A stretch of DNA of 64,000 nt from Candidatus Bathyarchaeota archaeon (GTDB lineage Archaea; Thermoproteota; Bathyarchaeia; 40CM-2-53-6), in the NCBI GenBank assembly GCA_963726255.1, contig CAVSBL010000002.1:1056001-1120000 (forward strand), given 5' to 3'. Position 1 is the first letter of the stretch, and every line of letters begins with the position of its first letter. A program made the translations under genes and the position numbers. Below the pieces are notes generated by a model, which was given only the letters and a program-made list of their open reading frames with translations, did not search any database and was not told where the DNA came from. Of the stretch, positions 8,434 through 19,999 are shown piece by piece.

Positions 8434-9163
8434 AGAACCCCAATTGGACAACATTGCACTCGAAGCTGAGAGGAAACGAGCCGAACAAATCCTCAGCATA
8501 CTTCGTGCAAGCCTAGAGATACGCGAAGAAGACTTTGCCACGCTAACCGTAGCGCGTGAAACGAAGGATCCATTCCAAATCCTTATCGTAACAGTTCTCA
8601 CGCAGAACTGCACTGATGTCGCCGCGCTCCGAGCATTCAGAAACCTTGACCGACAAGTTGGCGTAACCGTGGCTAAGCTAGCTCAGGCAAACGTCCGTAC
8701 CATAGAGAAGGCAATCCATGTTGCAGGCTTACACAAGCAGAAGGCACGGGGAATAAAGCAGCTTGCCAAGATTATTGCTGAACGATATTCTGGAAATATC
8801 ACGGCTGCATTGAAAGGCCCGTTTGAAGATGTGCGTGCCGAGCTTCAAGAGTTGCCCAGAGTTGGGCCTAAGACGGCCGATGTTCTATTAGGAGTTCTAG
8901 GCTGGCCGACAATTTCAGTCGACACCCACGTTTACCGCGTTTCGAAACGGCTCGGCTTGGCCCCAAGAAAGGGTGGGGAGGAGAAGGTTAGAGGGGCGTT
9001 GATGCCGTTGTTCCGTGAAGAGGATTCGCGCATGGTCCCGCTATATTTCATGGCGCTTGGAAGGCAAATCTGTCGGGCTCGAAAGCCACTCTGCCCAGTA
9101 TGTCCTGTAAGCGAGCTATGCCCCTACCCCAACAAGACAACTTATCAGCAACGGGTTAGGTGA
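8414..9163 (+). CDS. nth: Endonuclease III (HhH-GPD glycosylase, 4Fe-4S)
   Basis: DPFQILIVTVLTQ, LPRVGPKTAD, VDTHVYRVSKRLG, CRARKPLCPVCPVSELCP. Confidence 0.92.
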   Translation: MPTHSPEEPQLDNIALEAERKRAEQILSILRASLEIREEDFATLTVARETKDPFQILIVTVLTQNCTDVAALRAFRNLDRQVGVTVAKLAQANVRTIEKAIHVAGLHKQKARGIKQLAKIIAERYSGNITAALKGPFEDVRAELQELPRVGPKTADVLLGVLGWPTISVDTHVYRVSKRLGLAPRKGGEEKVRGALMPLFREEDSRMVPLYFMALGRQICRARKPLCPVCPVSELCPYPNKTTYQQRVR

Positions 9164-9207
9164 AGCACGTCCCCTTCCTTTCTGCCTAATTTCACAGAAA
9201 ACGCGTA

Positions 9208-10743
9208 TTATTCTGGGGGAATTTCCTTGAAAGCAAACGATATGTTCAAACCCTCATTCCGAAGCCTGACCTTCGTAATCACGTATAGCACAGCGCCCAA
9301 CACAAACGTAACCGCAATGTATCCATAGGCTAAGGCATTGCCGCCCCAAATGCGGGGGTACGCCAAGAACTCGTAAGTCAGATAGGCGAAGACTAGGGAT
9401 TGCAGTACCCCGGCGACTGCAAGGAGAACCTTGGAACCTCCCCTTTCCTTCTTTACGGCATAGATAATTGCAGCAACTCCAACGAACGCAAAATAAATCA
9501 TCGACGCCATCACGGCACCGTAAAGGGAAGAAATCGTCCCATAGAGAAAAGCCGCGAGACCGATTAGGACGACCGTTACTGCGAGGTCGAGTATGTGCGC
9601 AACGACTGGTGAACCGTATTTCGGGCTAACGTAGGCTAACTTAGATGGAAGATACCGGTCGAAGGCTTGTGCAAGCATGTACCTGGAGATTGTAATTATG
9701 CCGAATGCCAAAATCGCAACCGTCAGCACTATCCAACCTATTCCGATTATCAAAGCCTGCAGGTAATTCGAAGAGACGCCTATGGCCAACGTCCAGAAAT
9801 TGAAAGAGTAGTTGTTCACGAGCGTTGGGTTTGAGAGAGCTGCGGTCGTGAACTGAAATCCTCCAACATAATACATCGATGCGTAGGGAATGGTTACTAC
9901 AAGGAAAGCCAGCAGGAGAGAAATTGGCACGCTCCACTTCGATGCTTTTTGTTTCAACTCGGAACCCACTGATGGTGCGGCGTTAAACCACGGATAAGTA
10001 AAGAGAGCAAAGTAGGGCATCATCAACAACGTTGAGTTAAGATCGAACGTGGGCCCGGAATAAGAACGAGCAAGCGAGGCGTATGTGGTCTGCGGAATAT
10101 TCAGCTTGTCAATGTAATTCTCTACGCCTGCTGGCCCTGCAATAATCATTGTGACTACGGCAACGGCCACCGAAAACATGCCAATAATCCAGCACGTTGA
10201 AATTAACTTGAATCCGAGCCTCGGCTTCAGTATATTGATTGCAACCAAAATTAGCACCAGACCGGACGCCAATAGGAACTGTGAGAATGGAGCCGAACCT
10301 GGGATGTTGCCGGGCAATGCGAGTCCCAGCATGCTTGAGTAACCAAGGGAAAGCCCGACAGAACCTACAGCGAACACAGCGGACAAAGCGATGAGCGCCA
10401 GATACGGCATTGTTTCAAGTGTGATGCCAGTTAGCGTTATCGTGCTACCGAGAAAACCGCCAAGCGACCTGGAGAGCCACACATAATCTCCTCCAGTCCT
10501 AGAGACTCGACTCGACAACATGGTGTAGACAATCATTTGGGGAACTGCCAATAGGGCGGCGATCGCCGACCCGAAAACTAGGTTAACGCCTGAAACGGTC
10601 GGAAGCGCAAGCATCGTAAACCCAACCAGCGCCAGCGCAGCACCTACCGACATGTAACTAACGTTGATCGCAATCGCGTCGAGCAACGAAACTTTCTTCG
10701 TTAGCCCAGTTGCATCTCGAAGGAAGATCTTAGAAGACGCCAA
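9208..10743 (-). CDS. APC family amino-acid permease
   Basis: FLRDATGL N-terminus, RTGGDYVW, SRYMLAQAFDR, C-terminal FKEIPPE; about 12-13 TMs. Confidence 0.92.
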   Translation of the reverse strand: MASSKIFLRDATGLTKKVSLLDAIAINVSYMSVGAALALVGFTMLALPTVSGVNLVFGSAIAALLAVPQMIVYTMLSSRVSRTGGDYVWLSRSLGGFLGSTITLTGITLETMPYLALIALSAVFAVGSVGLSLGYSSMLGLALPGNIPGSAPFSQFLLASGLVLILVAINILKPRLGFKLISTCWIIGMFSVAVAVVTMIIAGPAGVENYIDKLNIPQTTYASLARSYSGPTFDLNSTLLMMPYFALFTYPWFNAAPSVGSELKQKASKWSVPISLLLAFLVVTIPYASMYYVGGFQFTTAALSNPTLVNNYSFNFWTLAIGVSSNYLQALIIGIGWIVLTVAILAFGIITISRYMLAQAFDRYLPSKLAYVSPKYGSPVVAHILDLAVTVVLIGLAAFLYGTISSLYGAVMASMIYFAFVGVAAIIYAVKKERGGSKVLLAVAGVLQSLVFAYLTYEFLAYPRIWGGNALAYGYIAVTFVLGAVLYVITKVRLRNEGLNISFAFKEIPPE

Positions 10744-11031
10744 TTCAGGTTAACCCGTCTAGTTTGGTTGGGCCAGGCGCATACGCATCTGCATTACACA
10801 TAAAAACACAGAGGATTTTGTCACCACCCACAACCACCGAAGGCTAGCGGCCTTGAACGTAGCAGTTATTCATTTCTGACTAACCACTACGTTACTAGAC
10901 ACGGCGCCTCAATCCCGTAACCAGGGATAGGTCGGCTGCCAGCCGATGTCTTCGCCGAAAACAAATAAGACGTAGCCAAGCTAACCATAACAACAAACCT
11001 AGATTCGAAGCCTCTTTGCCCGTGAATTGGA

Positions 11032-11970
11032 TTGGTCAAAACAGTTGTCATTGGAGCGATAAACTGGGACATCAACCTCTTCATCGACAACTTTCCTCGA
11101 GGAGGCGAAGAGGTAGTCGTTCGCCGGATTGCTCGCGTCCCAGGAGGGAAAGCAGGTAACACCGCCGTTGCAGCCGCAAGACTGCTGGGGCGTAACCAAG
11201 CTGCTATACTTGGTGCACTGGGGAAGGATGCGGTTGCGTCCGACCAGGTGAGAATCTTCCAAGACGAAGGTGTCAACGTATCAGGCCTAAAATTCAGTGA
11301 GAACGCCGAGTCGGGACAAGCATACATCGTCATCGACGCGAAGGGAGAAAATATCATCTATACTCACGTTGGCGCAAACGCCAAAATCAACCCGGATGAC
11401 CTAGACGATCCGACACGCCATGCACTAGTCGCGGAATCATCAGTCATCACAATAATGGACCCCCCCTTCGATACCGGTCTGAAGCTGGCTAGGGATGCAC
11501 GGGAACTTGGCAAAGTTATCGTGTTGGACCCGGGAGTAAAATCTAGAATGGGCGTCAAAGGTTCCGAGGAGATTCTGCGGAACGTCGATTACGTGGTAGC
11601 GAACGAATCTGAAGTGGCACTTTTGACCGGCACGAAGGATCGGAGTGCAGCCGTACGGAAACTGATGAAGATTAACGGCGAACTTAGAATCGTCGCCAAG
11701 TTAGGGGTAAAGGGTTCGATCATGTACACTGGCAAGCGGCAAATGGTTTCTCATGCCCTAGACTTGAAGTCGCTTGGGATGAAGGTGGTGAACACTGTGG
11801 GGTGCGGCGACGCATTCCTCGGCGCCTTTGTATCCGCATTGTCTGAGGGCCGAAGCGAACTCGAGGCTTTGAATTGGGGAAACGCGGCAGGCGGGATCAA
11901 AGCAACACGCGCGGAAACGCGCGGGGGCCCAAACCGCGAGACTCTATTGAAATTCCTCGCTTCGATTTAG
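11032..11970 (+). CDS. Ribokinase / PfkB family carbohydrate kinase
   Basis: PGGKAGNTAVAAARL, ANESE, NTVGCGDAFLG. Confidence 0.92.
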   Translation: MVKTVVIGAINWDINLFIDNFPRGGEEVVVRRIARVPGGKAGNTAVAAARLLGRNQAAILGALGKDAVASDQVRIFQDEGVNVSGLKFSENAESGQAYIVIDAKGENIIYTHVGANAKINPDDLDDPTRHALVAESSVITIMDPPFDTGLKLARDARELGKVIVLDPGVKSRMGVKGSEEILRNVDYVVANESEVALLTGTKDRSAAVRKLMKINGELRIVAKLGVKGSIMYTGKRQMVSHALDLKSLGMKVVNTVGCGDAFLGAFVSALSEGRSELEALNWGNAAGGIKATRAETRGGPNRETLLKFLASI

Positions 11971-12776
11971 TTTATGGAACCTAAGGCATCGACGACGTCT
12001 CTCAGCGAACTAATTCTGCGATCCGGCTGAATGTCAGAATCCGGAACCCGCCTGTCAGACCTTGACAGCGCTAATAACGAACCCGGTTGCTGCCTGAAGC
12101 CCTCCGGAACTGGGTAATCCAAGAGTATGGCCTTCATCCCCGCCTTCTTAGCACCCCAAGCATCAGCCTCAGGGTCATCGCCAATATGCACGATCTTGGA
12201 TGGTTCTGTTCCGAGTTCGATTGCCGCCTTCTCAAATATCAGCCCGTCTGGTTTCCTTGACCCTACTTCGTCGGAGAAAACAGTTGAACTGAAGAAACCC
12301 AATACACCATATTTCCTAAGCAGCTCCCGCAGGGCCGTACCCGGGCTTCGCCCCGTATTGCTGACCAAACCAATCTTTCGGACTCGGTCACGCACTTCTT
12401 GCAGGGTTGCGGCGGCGTCGCCCTCAAGCTCCGGAGGAGAGGCATATATTGGGTCAACATAAGCGCGCTCGAGCTTTCCAGCCGTCTGTGAATCCATCCG
12501 AAAATCGGCCAGGCCCGCAGCGCCAATAATCAACCGAATCTGTTCCGCTATCGGGAGCTCCTTGTTGTTGCGCCAAATTGATTGAAACAGGGAAGCGCTC
12601 TGCTCGTAACCCCTCTCTAGGTCCCCTAACGAAATCTTGACGCCTAAATCAGAGAGTACCTTGTAGATCCCTTCGTACCTCATCCTATTCCTTGCATCGT
12701 CTAGTTCCGGTTTGTCGATGAAGAGCGTTCCCCAAAGGTCGAAGGTAACGCAAATGTCTCTCTTGTAACTCGTCAC
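11967..12776 (-). CDS. HAD-superfamily hydrolase (subfamily IA)
   Basis: FDLWGTL, VSNT, KPDGLIF, HIGDDPEAD. Confidence 0.9.
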   Translation of the reverse strand: MTSYKRDICVTFDLWGTLFIDKPELDDARNRMRYEGIYKVLSDLGVKISLGDLERGYEQSASLFQSIWRNNKELPIAEQIRLIIGAAGLADFRMDSQTAGKLERAYVDPIYASPPELEGDAAATLQEVRDRVRKIGLVSNTGRSPGTALRELLRKYGVLGFFSSTVFSDEVGSRKPDGLIFEKAAIELGTEPSKIVHIGDDPEADAWGAKKAGMKAILLDYPVPEGFRQQPGSLLALSRSDRRVPDSDIQPDRRISSLRDVVDALGSIN

Positions 12777-13666
12777 TTCATTCCGGCCTTTCGTATTTCG
12801 CTGGCTATCAACGGGGCAACGCTCACCCGGCTTATCGGGCTTGGAACGGTGTCCGTCCCAAACACACTGGTTACTCCAGCCTTCTGTATCTTCTCAAGCG
12901 CGCCGTTTGCTAAGATTGGATGTGTGCACGCAACAGCGACCTTATTCGCTCCTTGCGACATCAATATCCTTACGGCTTCTACGATCGTTCCTCCAGTACT
13001 AATTATGTCATCAACGATCAGGACGTCTCGCCCCTTGGCGCTCGACCTCCTAGGACGCACTTCCACCTGTGCATCTCCAAGCCGCTTCTTCTCGAAGACG
13101 TCGTAATCAGTCTCCAACCTTTCAGCGGCGATTTTTGCCCACTGCTCAGCCTCTGCGTCGGGACCGATCACTAGGGGCTTCTTGAGCTCGCCCGTCTTCC
13201 TAACGTAGTCCGCTAACAGAGGCATCGCGGATAGGTTATGGGAAGGGATTTTGAATATCTCTGAAGATTTCAGAACCCGATGCTGATGCATGTCGATGGT
13301 GTAAATCTCGTCTGTCCCTACGCTCTCCATGAGTTTGCTGACGGTTTTGAAGCTCAGCGCCTCGCCAGGTTTGAACCGTTCATCCTGCCTCGCATAAGCG
13401 AAGTATGGTATGAAAGCGGTTACCTTCTTAGCTCCGAGATCCTTCAGTGCATCAACGAGAAGGAGATATTCAAACACTAATTCGTCAGGTGTATGATGTA
13501 TTGATTGAATAACTGCAAGGTTCTCGTTCTTGACATCGTCGAGTACGCGAAGGTATTTTTCCCCGTCCGGAAAACGCCGGACTTCCAATGCTCCTGCTTT
13601 CAGATGTAGTTCCTGTGCGACCTTCGAAGCTAGCGCCTCAGACGACGAGCCGCCAATTACTATCAA
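12773..13666 (-). CDS. prs: Ribose-phosphate pyrophosphokinase
   Basis: RFPDGE, PYFAYARQD, LIVDDIISTGGT, ACTH. Confidence 0.96.
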   Translation of the reverse strand: MIVIGGSSSEALASKVAQELHLKAGALEVRRFPDGEKYLRVLDDVKNENLAVIQSIHHTPDELVFEYLLLVDALKDLGAKKVTAFIPYFAYARQDERFKPGEALSFKTVSKLMESVGTDEIYTIDMHQHRVLKSSEIFKIPSHNLSAMPLLADYVRKTGELKKPLVIGPDAEAEQWAKIAAERLETDYDVFEKKRLGDAQVEVRPRRSSAKGRDVLIVDDIISTGGTIVEAVRILMSQGANKVAVACTHPILANGALEKIQKAGVTSVFGTDTVPSPISRVSVAPLIASEIRKAGMK

Positions 13667-13736
13667 CCTGCAAAACCACGGCCTGACCCGTATTGGGTGC
13701 CCAAATAAAACTTGTTTGAGATGACCATCAGCCTTT

Positions 13737-14393
13737 CTAAGCGTCGATTGCGTCGATAACCTCTTGAAAGTCGGTTATTTCCCTGTGTGGAACGTTTCCC
13801 TTTCGGCACGCCTCAGCTAACTTGGAACCTTTGATTGCGAATGAGAAATCAGCTTCTCTCGCCGCCGGGAAATCGCCTAACCCATCACCTATGTAGAAAA
13901 CTCTGTTGCCCTGTTCCTTGTGGTGCTTAACAAAGTCATCTTTGAAGTTAATTGATCCCTTGCCGAACAATCTGGGCATAGCCACTTCGTAACCTTTGCC
14001 GGTGAATTTCGATTTCGGGGCGTATATTTCCATGAAATTTAACCAATCGTCGCGACCTAGGAAATGACGAATACAAAACTCAAGCCCGCCGCTAACAATG
14101 ATGAGCGGTAAACGTTGTTTCTTGCAGTACTCGATCAGCCTTTCGAAGTTTGGCCTGAGAACCGCAACTTTGTCCAACTCGTCCAATATCACCTTCTCCG
14201 GAGCCGTGATCATAGCAAACTCGCTTCGCAGAGACTCTTCGAAGCTAATTTCACCGGCTTCAAATTGCTCCTCGATTCGCTTCCAACTGGGATCTGCGAA
14301 AAGCTGCAGTGCGAATTCGGCGGTGTCGATGGTGACAATTGTCTCGTCGAAATCGCTCATGACGACCGCCTTACTGGACTGCATCCGAATCAT
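13737..14393 (-). CDS. MtnX-like HAD-IB phosphatase
   Basis: SDFDETI, IVSGG, YIGDGLGD. Confidence 0.8.
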   Translation of the reverse strand: MIRMQSSKAVVMSDFDETIVTIDTAEFALQLFADPSWKRIEEQFEAGEISFEESLRSEFAMITAPEKVILDELDKVAVLRPNFERLIEYCKKQRLPLIIVSGGLEFCIRHFLGRDDWLNFMEIYAPKSKFTGKGYEVAMPRLFGKGSINFKDDFVKHHKEQGNRVFYIGDGLGDFPAAREADFSFAIKGSKLAEACRKGNVPHREITDFQEVIDAIDA

Positions 14394-14469
14394 CTAACTT
14401 CTAGAGCAACTTCGCCCGGAACCGGTCGTAGGATGATTAAGGATGGTTTAAAGCGTTCCACTTGCGAGC

Positions 14470-14718
14470 TTGCCCAGAACCCAATTGCGAACGCGAGCTC
14501 TAGTTGCCTTAGCGCTGATGGCGTTAGGGGTCGTGCTCATTGCGTTTGCAATCGTATCGGTACTAATTCGATCGGCCCCCTTCGCGAACGTTCCCATTCT
14601 GGCTGCAGCAGGGGCTCTCCTACTCGTCATCGGCGTGTTACTACTGATAACGGAGCTTATGGAAAATTGGCTCACCAAAGGCCAGACTGCTTTGGTTGAC
14701 GGCCTTCAAGCTGGGTAG
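14470..14718 (+). CDS. Small membrane protein (2 TM)
   Basis: Two hydrophobic segments; directly upstream of the IMPase gene. Confidence 0.6.
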   Translation: MPRTQLRTRALVALALMALGVVLIAFAIVSVLIRSAPFANVPILAAAGALLLVIGVLLLITELMENWLTKGQTALVDGLQAG

Positions 14719-14730
14719 CCGCGTCCACTC

Positions 14731-15549
14731 GTGGTGATGAATACTTTGAACATTGGACCCGAAGAATTGCTCGATGTCGCCACCGCGAGCGCCGAGGAAG
14801 CTGGAAAGAAACTTCTAAAGCTGTTTCAAGGCTCGAAAAGGCTGTCCGTTAAGCGGAAGTATGATTATCCAGGTAGCCTCGTCACGAACGCGGACATAGA
14901 AGCTGAAAGAATCATTCTGGGGAAGATTAGGCGAAGTCGAATCAAATCCACTGTGAATTCGGAGGAAGCAGGTACCGTAAGCTACGGGTCACGCGACATC
15001 GTCTGGGCCTTGGACCCACTTGATGGGACACTGAACTATGTGAAGCGAATTCCATACTTTGCAGTCTCAATCGGCGTACTAGTGAAAGGCGAACCCGTGG
15101 CCGGCGCGATATACAACCCTGTCTTGGACGAGATGCACACCGCATGTCGCGGAGGAGGGGCCCACTTGAACGGAAAACGAATTCATGTCTCCAACGCCGG
15201 ATCGCTCAGCAATTCGTCGCTCATTTTTGAGTGGTGGGAGGAGGAACCAGCGATACCAGACCCACTGGCACTGGAAAAGCAACTCTACCATTTTACGCGA
15301 AGGCTGCGATCGCCAGGAAGCGTTGCGTTGAACTTGTGTTCTGTGGCTTCCGGTCGATTCGATGGTCTCGTTACAGTTTTCAGAAAATCCCCCATATACG
15401 AAACTGCGGCGGGTTGCGTGATCCTTGAAGAAGCTAAAGGCCGAATAACTAACTCGTCAGGCGGAAGCTGGAAGCATTTCTCTTGTTCCATATTAGCGGG
15501 TGGCCCAAGAGTCCAGAGGCAGCTTCTATCCTTAGTTCGAAGGCGGTAA
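14731..15549 (+). CDS. Inositol monophosphatase family protein
   Basis: SEE, WALDPLDGTLNY, FAVSIG, GSVALNLCSVASG. Confidence 0.92.
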   Translation: MVMNTLNIGPEELLDVATASAEEAGKKLLKLFQGSKRLSVKRKYDYPGSLVTNADIEAERIILGKIRRSRIKSTVNSEEAGTVSYGSRDIVWALDPLDGTLNYVKRIPYFAVSIGVLVKGEPVAGAIYNPVLDEMHTACRGGGAHLNGKRIHVSNAGSLSNSSLIFEWWEEEPAIPDPLALEKQLYHFTRRLRSPGSVALNLCSVASGRFDGLVTVFRKSPIYETAAGCVILEEAKGRITNSSGGSWKHFSCSILAGGPRVQRQLLSLVRRR

Positions 15550-15561
15550 ACCAAGCTAGAA

Positions 15562-16653
15562 TTAGAGGCCTTCACGGGCGAGCTCGTTCATGAGTTCGCG
15601 TTGCCGAGAAGTCAGTTTCGTAGGCGTCTTTACCTGGACCATTACGAGTTCATCTCCTCTGCCATTTTCACGAAGGCTGGGCATTCCTTTCTTGCGTAGG
15701 CGGAAGATGGCTCCACTTTGGGTGCCAGGGGGCACGACAATTTTCGCCAGTCCATCCAAAGTGGGAACTTCGAGTTCACCGCCCAGAACCGCTTTGGAAA
15801 GGCTCAAACCGATATTGCAAACGAGGTCGTTTCTCTGTCTTTTGAAGACCTCGTGCGGCCTCACATCAACGACAACGTATAGATCTCCCCTTTGCCCACC
15901 ACCATCGGCCGTGTCTCCCTCGCCACGTAAGACCAATTGGGAACCTGTATCAACGCCAGGGGGAATTCTTATGCTGATTCGCCTGTGGCGTTCAACGATC
16001 CCTGCACCTCGGCAGACATTGCAGGGTTTCTCAATTATCGTTCCTCTGCCACGACATTTGCGACAGGGCTCGATTCGTGCAAAATGCATGAACCCTCTCG
16101 TTTGGACATGTTGAATTTGGCCTGTGCCCCCGCAGTCTGGGCATTTCTTCGGTGAAGTCCCTGGGCTCGCACCTGTCCCGCCGCATTCTGAACACCGTTC
16201 CCTCCTGGGAACCTCAATCTCAGTGGCAAGCCCAGAGTACGCTTGCTCAAGCGATATCTCTAGATCGTACCGTAGGTCTTCGCCCCTCGTCGGGCGGCGT
16301 GGCCCGCGCCCCCCAAAGAAGACATCAAAGATTGATTCAAAGCCACCAGCACCACCAGCACCGAAACCCATGTCCCTGAATATCTCGTCGAAGTTTACGC
16401 CGCGGAATATGTCCTCTGTAGAGTATTGTGAATCGATTCCAGCATGTCCCAGACGGTCGTATTGCGCTCGCTTATCGTCATCTGAAAGAATAGCGTAGGC
16501 TTCGGTTATCTCCTTGAATTTCTCCTCAGCGCCGGGTTCCTTGTTTCGGTCAGGATGGTATTTCAGGGCGAGTTTTCTGTATTCATTCTTCATTTGTTCC
16601 TTAGTGGCGTTCCGCGGCACGCCGAGTACATCGTAGTAGTCACGCTTCGACAA
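15562..16653 (-). CDS. dnaJ: Molecular chaperone DnaJ
   Basis: J-domain HPD, G/F region, four CxxCxGxG repeats. Confidence 0.98.
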   Translation of the reverse strand: MSKRDYYDVLGVPRNATKEQMKNEYRKLALKYHPDRNKEPGAEEKFKEITEAYAILSDDDKRAQYDRLGHAGIDSQYSTEDIFRGVNFDEIFRDMGFGAGGAGGFESIFDVFFGGRGPRRPTRGEDLRYDLEISLEQAYSGLATEIEVPRRERCSECGGTGASPGTSPKKCPDCGGTGQIQHVQTRGFMHFARIEPCRKCRGRGTIIEKPCNVCRGAGIVERHRRISIRIPPGVDTGSQLVLRGEGDTADGGGQRGDLYVVVDVRPHEVFKRQRNDLVCNIGLSLSKAVLGGELEVPTLDGLAKIVVPPGTQSGAIFRLRKKGMPSLRENGRGDELVMVQVKTPTKLTSRQRELMNELAREGL

Positions 16654-16677
16654 TGCTGGTCGGCCGCGGTCTCATTG

Positions 16678-18549
16678 CTACTTCTTGTCGTCAACTACCT
16701 TGTAATCAACGTCTACCGGCTGGGTCTTGTTGTCAGTTTTCGGGGCTGATTCCGATGAGCCGCTTGAAGCTGCTTGCTGCTGAGCGACGTGTTGGTAAGC
16801 TGCAGTTCCAATGTCCTGCATGATTTTCTGAAGTGCTTCGAACTTCTGTTTAATCACGTTAACGTCCTTGCCTGCCATGGCCTGTCGAAGCTCCGCTGTA
16901 CTCTTTGTGACCTGTTCAGACTGCTCCTTTGAGATCTTACCGGCGAGTTCCTTCGTCAGCCGCTCAGCGCTGTAGATTAGGTTGTCAGCCGAATTTCGAA
17001 GCTCCGCCTCTTCCTTGCGCTTCTGATCTTCAGCCGAGAATTGATCCGCCTGTTTAACCATCTTCTCAATTTCGCCTTTCGAGAGTTTTGTGGAGGCGGT
17101 TATGGTGATCTTCTGCTCTTTGTTAGTAGCCAAGTCTTTCGCGGTCACGTTCAGGATGCCGTTTGCGTCTATGTCAAATGTGACTTCGATTTGTGGTACT
17201 CCCCGAGGTGCCGGTGGAATTCCTGTCAGGTTGAACATGCCTAGTGAGACGTTGTCGCCTGCCATGGGCCTTTCACCTTGGAGAACATGGACTGTGACCG
17301 TCGTCTGAAAGTCGGCCGCCGTTGAGAAAATTTGGCTTCGCTTCGTCGGAATAGTAGTATTTCGTTCAATTATCTTCGTAGCAACGGCGCCAAGAGTCTC
17401 AACGCCAAGAGACAGCGGAGTAACGTCGAGGAGCAAAAGGTCGCGAACTTCCCCACCGATTACGCCCGCTTGAATAGCGGCCCCCGTGGCGACGCACTCC
17501 ATGGGGTCGACCCCGCTCTCTGCTTCTTTGCCCATGTAATCTTGTACGAATTTTCGAACGATGGGCATCCGGGTCGGTCCACCGACTAGGATGATTTTGT
17601 CGACATCTTTGGGGGTAAGCTTGGCGTCTTGAATAGCCCGTTCCGTGGGGCCTCGGCAACGGTCGATCGTTGGTCGAACAATCTCCTCTAGTTTGGCCCG
17701 AGTTAGGGTCATTGTGAGATGTTTTGGGCCCGCCGCGTCGGCTGAGATGAATGGAAGGTTAATGTCCGTCGTCAGGACGGTGGAGAGTTCGATTTTGGCC
17801 TTTTCAGCCGCTTCGCGAACCCTTTGGCTCGCGACCTTGTCGTTACGTAGGTCTATTCCTGTGTTCGCCTTGAATTCCCCTGCTATGTAGTCTAGGAGGG
17901 AGTTGTCCATGTCGGTTCCCCCGAGCTGAGTATCGCCGCTAGTTGACAGAACCTCAAAGACTGGTGGTGCCTTGGGATCGGGCTTACCTACGTCCATCAT
18001 GGTTACGTCCAAGGTTCCGCCTCCCAGGTCGAAGACCATTATCTTGAGTTCCTTTTCCACCCGGTCAAGGCCATAGGCTAGCGATGCGGCAGTTGGTTCG
18101 TTGATTATTCTAACAACCTCAAGACCCGCGATTGCGCCTGCGTCCTTTGTCGCCTGACGTTGGTTGTCATTGAAATAGGCAGGGACGGTGATCACGGCTT
18201 TCTGGACGGTATCACCCAAGAAGGCTTCCGCGTCGCGTTTGATTTTCTGAAGTATGAAGGCGGAAATCTGCTGCGGCGTGTATTCTTTGCCGAAAATGTT
18301 GACCTTATAGTCAGTACCCATCTTGCGTTTGATTGCTTGAACCGTACCCTCCGGATTCGAGACGGCCTGGCGCCTAGCTGGTTCGCCTACGAGCAGCTGC
18401 CCGTCTTTGGTGAAGGCTACGTACGAAGGAAATGCCTTGCCGCCCACTGACGTCCCTTCAGCGCTAGGGATAATGGTGGGGCGTCCGGCAATGACGGCTG
18501 CTGCAGCAGAATTGCTAGTTCCAAGGTCTATTCCGATAATCTTAGGCAA
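16678..18549 (-). CDS. dnaK: Molecular chaperone DnaK (Hsp70)
   Basis: [36 protein letters not shown]. Confidence 0.99.
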   Translation of the reverse strand: MPKIIGIDLGTSNSAAAAVIAGRPTIIPSAEGTSVGGKAFPSYVAFTKDGQLLVGEPARRQAVSNPEGTVQAIKRKMGTDYKVNIFGKEYTPQQISAFILQKIKRDAEAFLGDTVQKAVITVPAYFNDNQRQATKDAGAIAGLEVVRIINEPTAASLAYGLDRVEKELKIMVFDLGGGTLDVTMMDVGKPDPKAPPVFEVLSTSGDTQLGGTDMDNSLLDYIAGEFKANTGIDLRNDKVASQRVREAAEKAKIELSTVLTTDINLPFISADAAGPKHLTMTLTRAKLEEIVRPTIDRCRGPTERAIQDAKLTPKDVDKIILVGGPTRMPIVRKFVQDYMGKEAESGVDPMECVATGAAIQAGVIGGEVRDLLLLDVTPLSLGVETLGAVATKIIERNTTIPTKRSQIFSTAADFQTTVTVHVLQGERPMAGDNVSLGMFNLTGIPPAPRGVPQIEVTFDIDANGILNVTAKDLATNKEQKITITASTKLSKGEIEKMVKQADQFSAEDQKRKEEAELRNSADNLIYSAERLTKELAGKISKEQSEQVTKSTAELRQAMAGKDVNVIKQKFEALQKIMQDIGTAAYQHVAQQQAASSGSSESAPKTDNKTQPVDVDYKVVDDKK

Positions 18550-18619
18550 CGATTGCTCTCCCAGTAGTTACTTAACGTAACAAGGTACTAGGGATGGGTT
18601 CAAAAACCTTATGGGGCAA

Positions 18620-19228
18620 TTAATTCGCGCTCTCGTCTTCCAGCGACCCCTCTTCGGAACCCTTTCGCTTACTGACAACGACTAGGCTTGGCCTAATCAC
18701 CTTGTTATTTAATGAGTAACCCTTGCGGACTTCTTCTACAACCATGTTCTCGGGTTTTTCGTCACTCTCCATGTAGCCCACAACTTCGTGCAGCTCTGTG
18801 TCCAGAGGTTGCCCAATGGCGGGAATTTCCTTTAAGCCCTCACTAGTCAAGACTTCAGTTAATTGCTGCTGTAACATCTTCAGCCCTACCGCAATTTCAT
18901 CTGGGGGTAACGTGTTGCTTTCATGAACCATCTGTTCGGCCTGTTGGAGCGCATCTAGAATCGGCAGTAACTTAACCAGTAACCCCTCGGATGCTTGTTT
19001 TGTTGCGGTGTCAACCTGACGCTGTGAGATCTTCTGGAGATTCTCCATGTCCGCCTGTAGCCGTTGCAACCGGTCAAAGTAGTCCGCTGCCTTCCTCTCG
19101 CTCTCCTCTTTCTCCTTGGCCACTTCACCCAGCTGCCTACGGACTTCATCCAGCTGTTTGCGTGTATCTTGGATGGACTGGGGTTTGTCGCTCTTGGCCA
19201 ATGGTTCTTTCCTCGGATCGATTGGCAA
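18620..19228 (-). CDS. grpE: Nucleotide exchange factor GrpE
   Basis: LQADMEN, LLPILD, KGY..NNKVIRPSLVVV; upstream of dnaK. Confidence 0.96.
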   Translation of the reverse strand: MPIDPRKEPLAKSDKPQSIQDTRKQLDEVRRQLGEVAKEKEESERKAADYFDRLQRLQADMENLQKISQRQVDTATKQASEGLLVKLLPILDALQQAEQMVHESNTLPPDEIAVGLKMLQQQLTEVLTSEGLKEIPAIGQPLDTELHEVVGYMESDEKPENMVVEEVRKGYSLNNKVIRPSLVVVSKRKGSEEGSLEDESAN

Positions 19229-19298
19229 CTAGCGGACCACTGTAGAGAGGTTGAAACCACACCAGGCAGTTCTTAAGCATGTTTTTCCGCGACGGAAA

Positions 19299-19907
19299 TC
19301 ACGAAAGGCTCTGCGCGCCAAGAACGGTACTGTCCTTCAACCTGTCAAATGCATATTGTGGCACGTAGGTTCCGACTGAAATAGTCTCATCATGCGTCCT
19401 ATGGAAGTATTGGTGGGCAATCAAAGTCTCAGTCTTAGAAATGCCTTGCACACCCTCGAATTGATTTACGGCAGTTTCAAGAATCTGGCCAACGTTCTTG
19501 CTATGCAGAATCGTGAGCAGGTCCCAGTCACCTGGAATTATATGTCCCTCTACAACGTGTTCCAGCTGCTTCAATTGGGACAAAACATCGGGCAGCGACC
19601 CCTGCGCGCGTAGCAGAGAAATCGCCAAGGCGTCATTCTCGTTAACAATGTACTCTTTCGTGAATCCTTCGAAGGGTATGTGAGTGCTCGTCGCCTTAAT
19701 TCCGGGCATATTACGTATTTGAGAAACCGACTTGTACAGATCCGCGCGATCGTAATGCGCTACTCGCACCAGAAGATCGTACCTGCCGATTAGAAGCGCC
19801 CCTTCATCGACTTGGCTGATTTCCCTCACGGCTTTAACAACATCAGCTATCTGTCCGCGTTCAATGACTGCTAGAATGTAAGAGCAACTCTTCAAAGTCG
19901 AACTCAT
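19299..19907 (-). CDS. Tandem Lrp/AsnC ligand-binding (RAM) domain protein without HTH
   Basis: Two repeats (GRYDLLV...IRNMPGIKATSTHI; GDWDLL...GISKTETLI). RBS GGAGGGT precedes the ATG at 19907. Confidence 0.75.
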   Translation of the reverse strand: MSSTLKSCSYILAVIERGQIADVVKAVREISQVDEGALLIGRYDLLVRVAHYDRADLYKSVSQIRNMPGIKATSTHIPFEGFTKEYIVNENDALAISLLRAQGSLPDVLSQLKQLEHVVEGHIIPGDWDLLTILHSKNVGQILETAVNQFEGVQGISKTETLIAHQYFHRTHDETISVGTYVPQYAFDRLKDSTVLGAQSLS

Positions 19908-19999
19908 AGCTGACCCTCCGAAATCTGTTAGCACGGTAGCGAAGCCTCGTACTTAAATCCGTATAATGTTAGTCCGCTCAGTTTATCGGGGCGTTGAGA

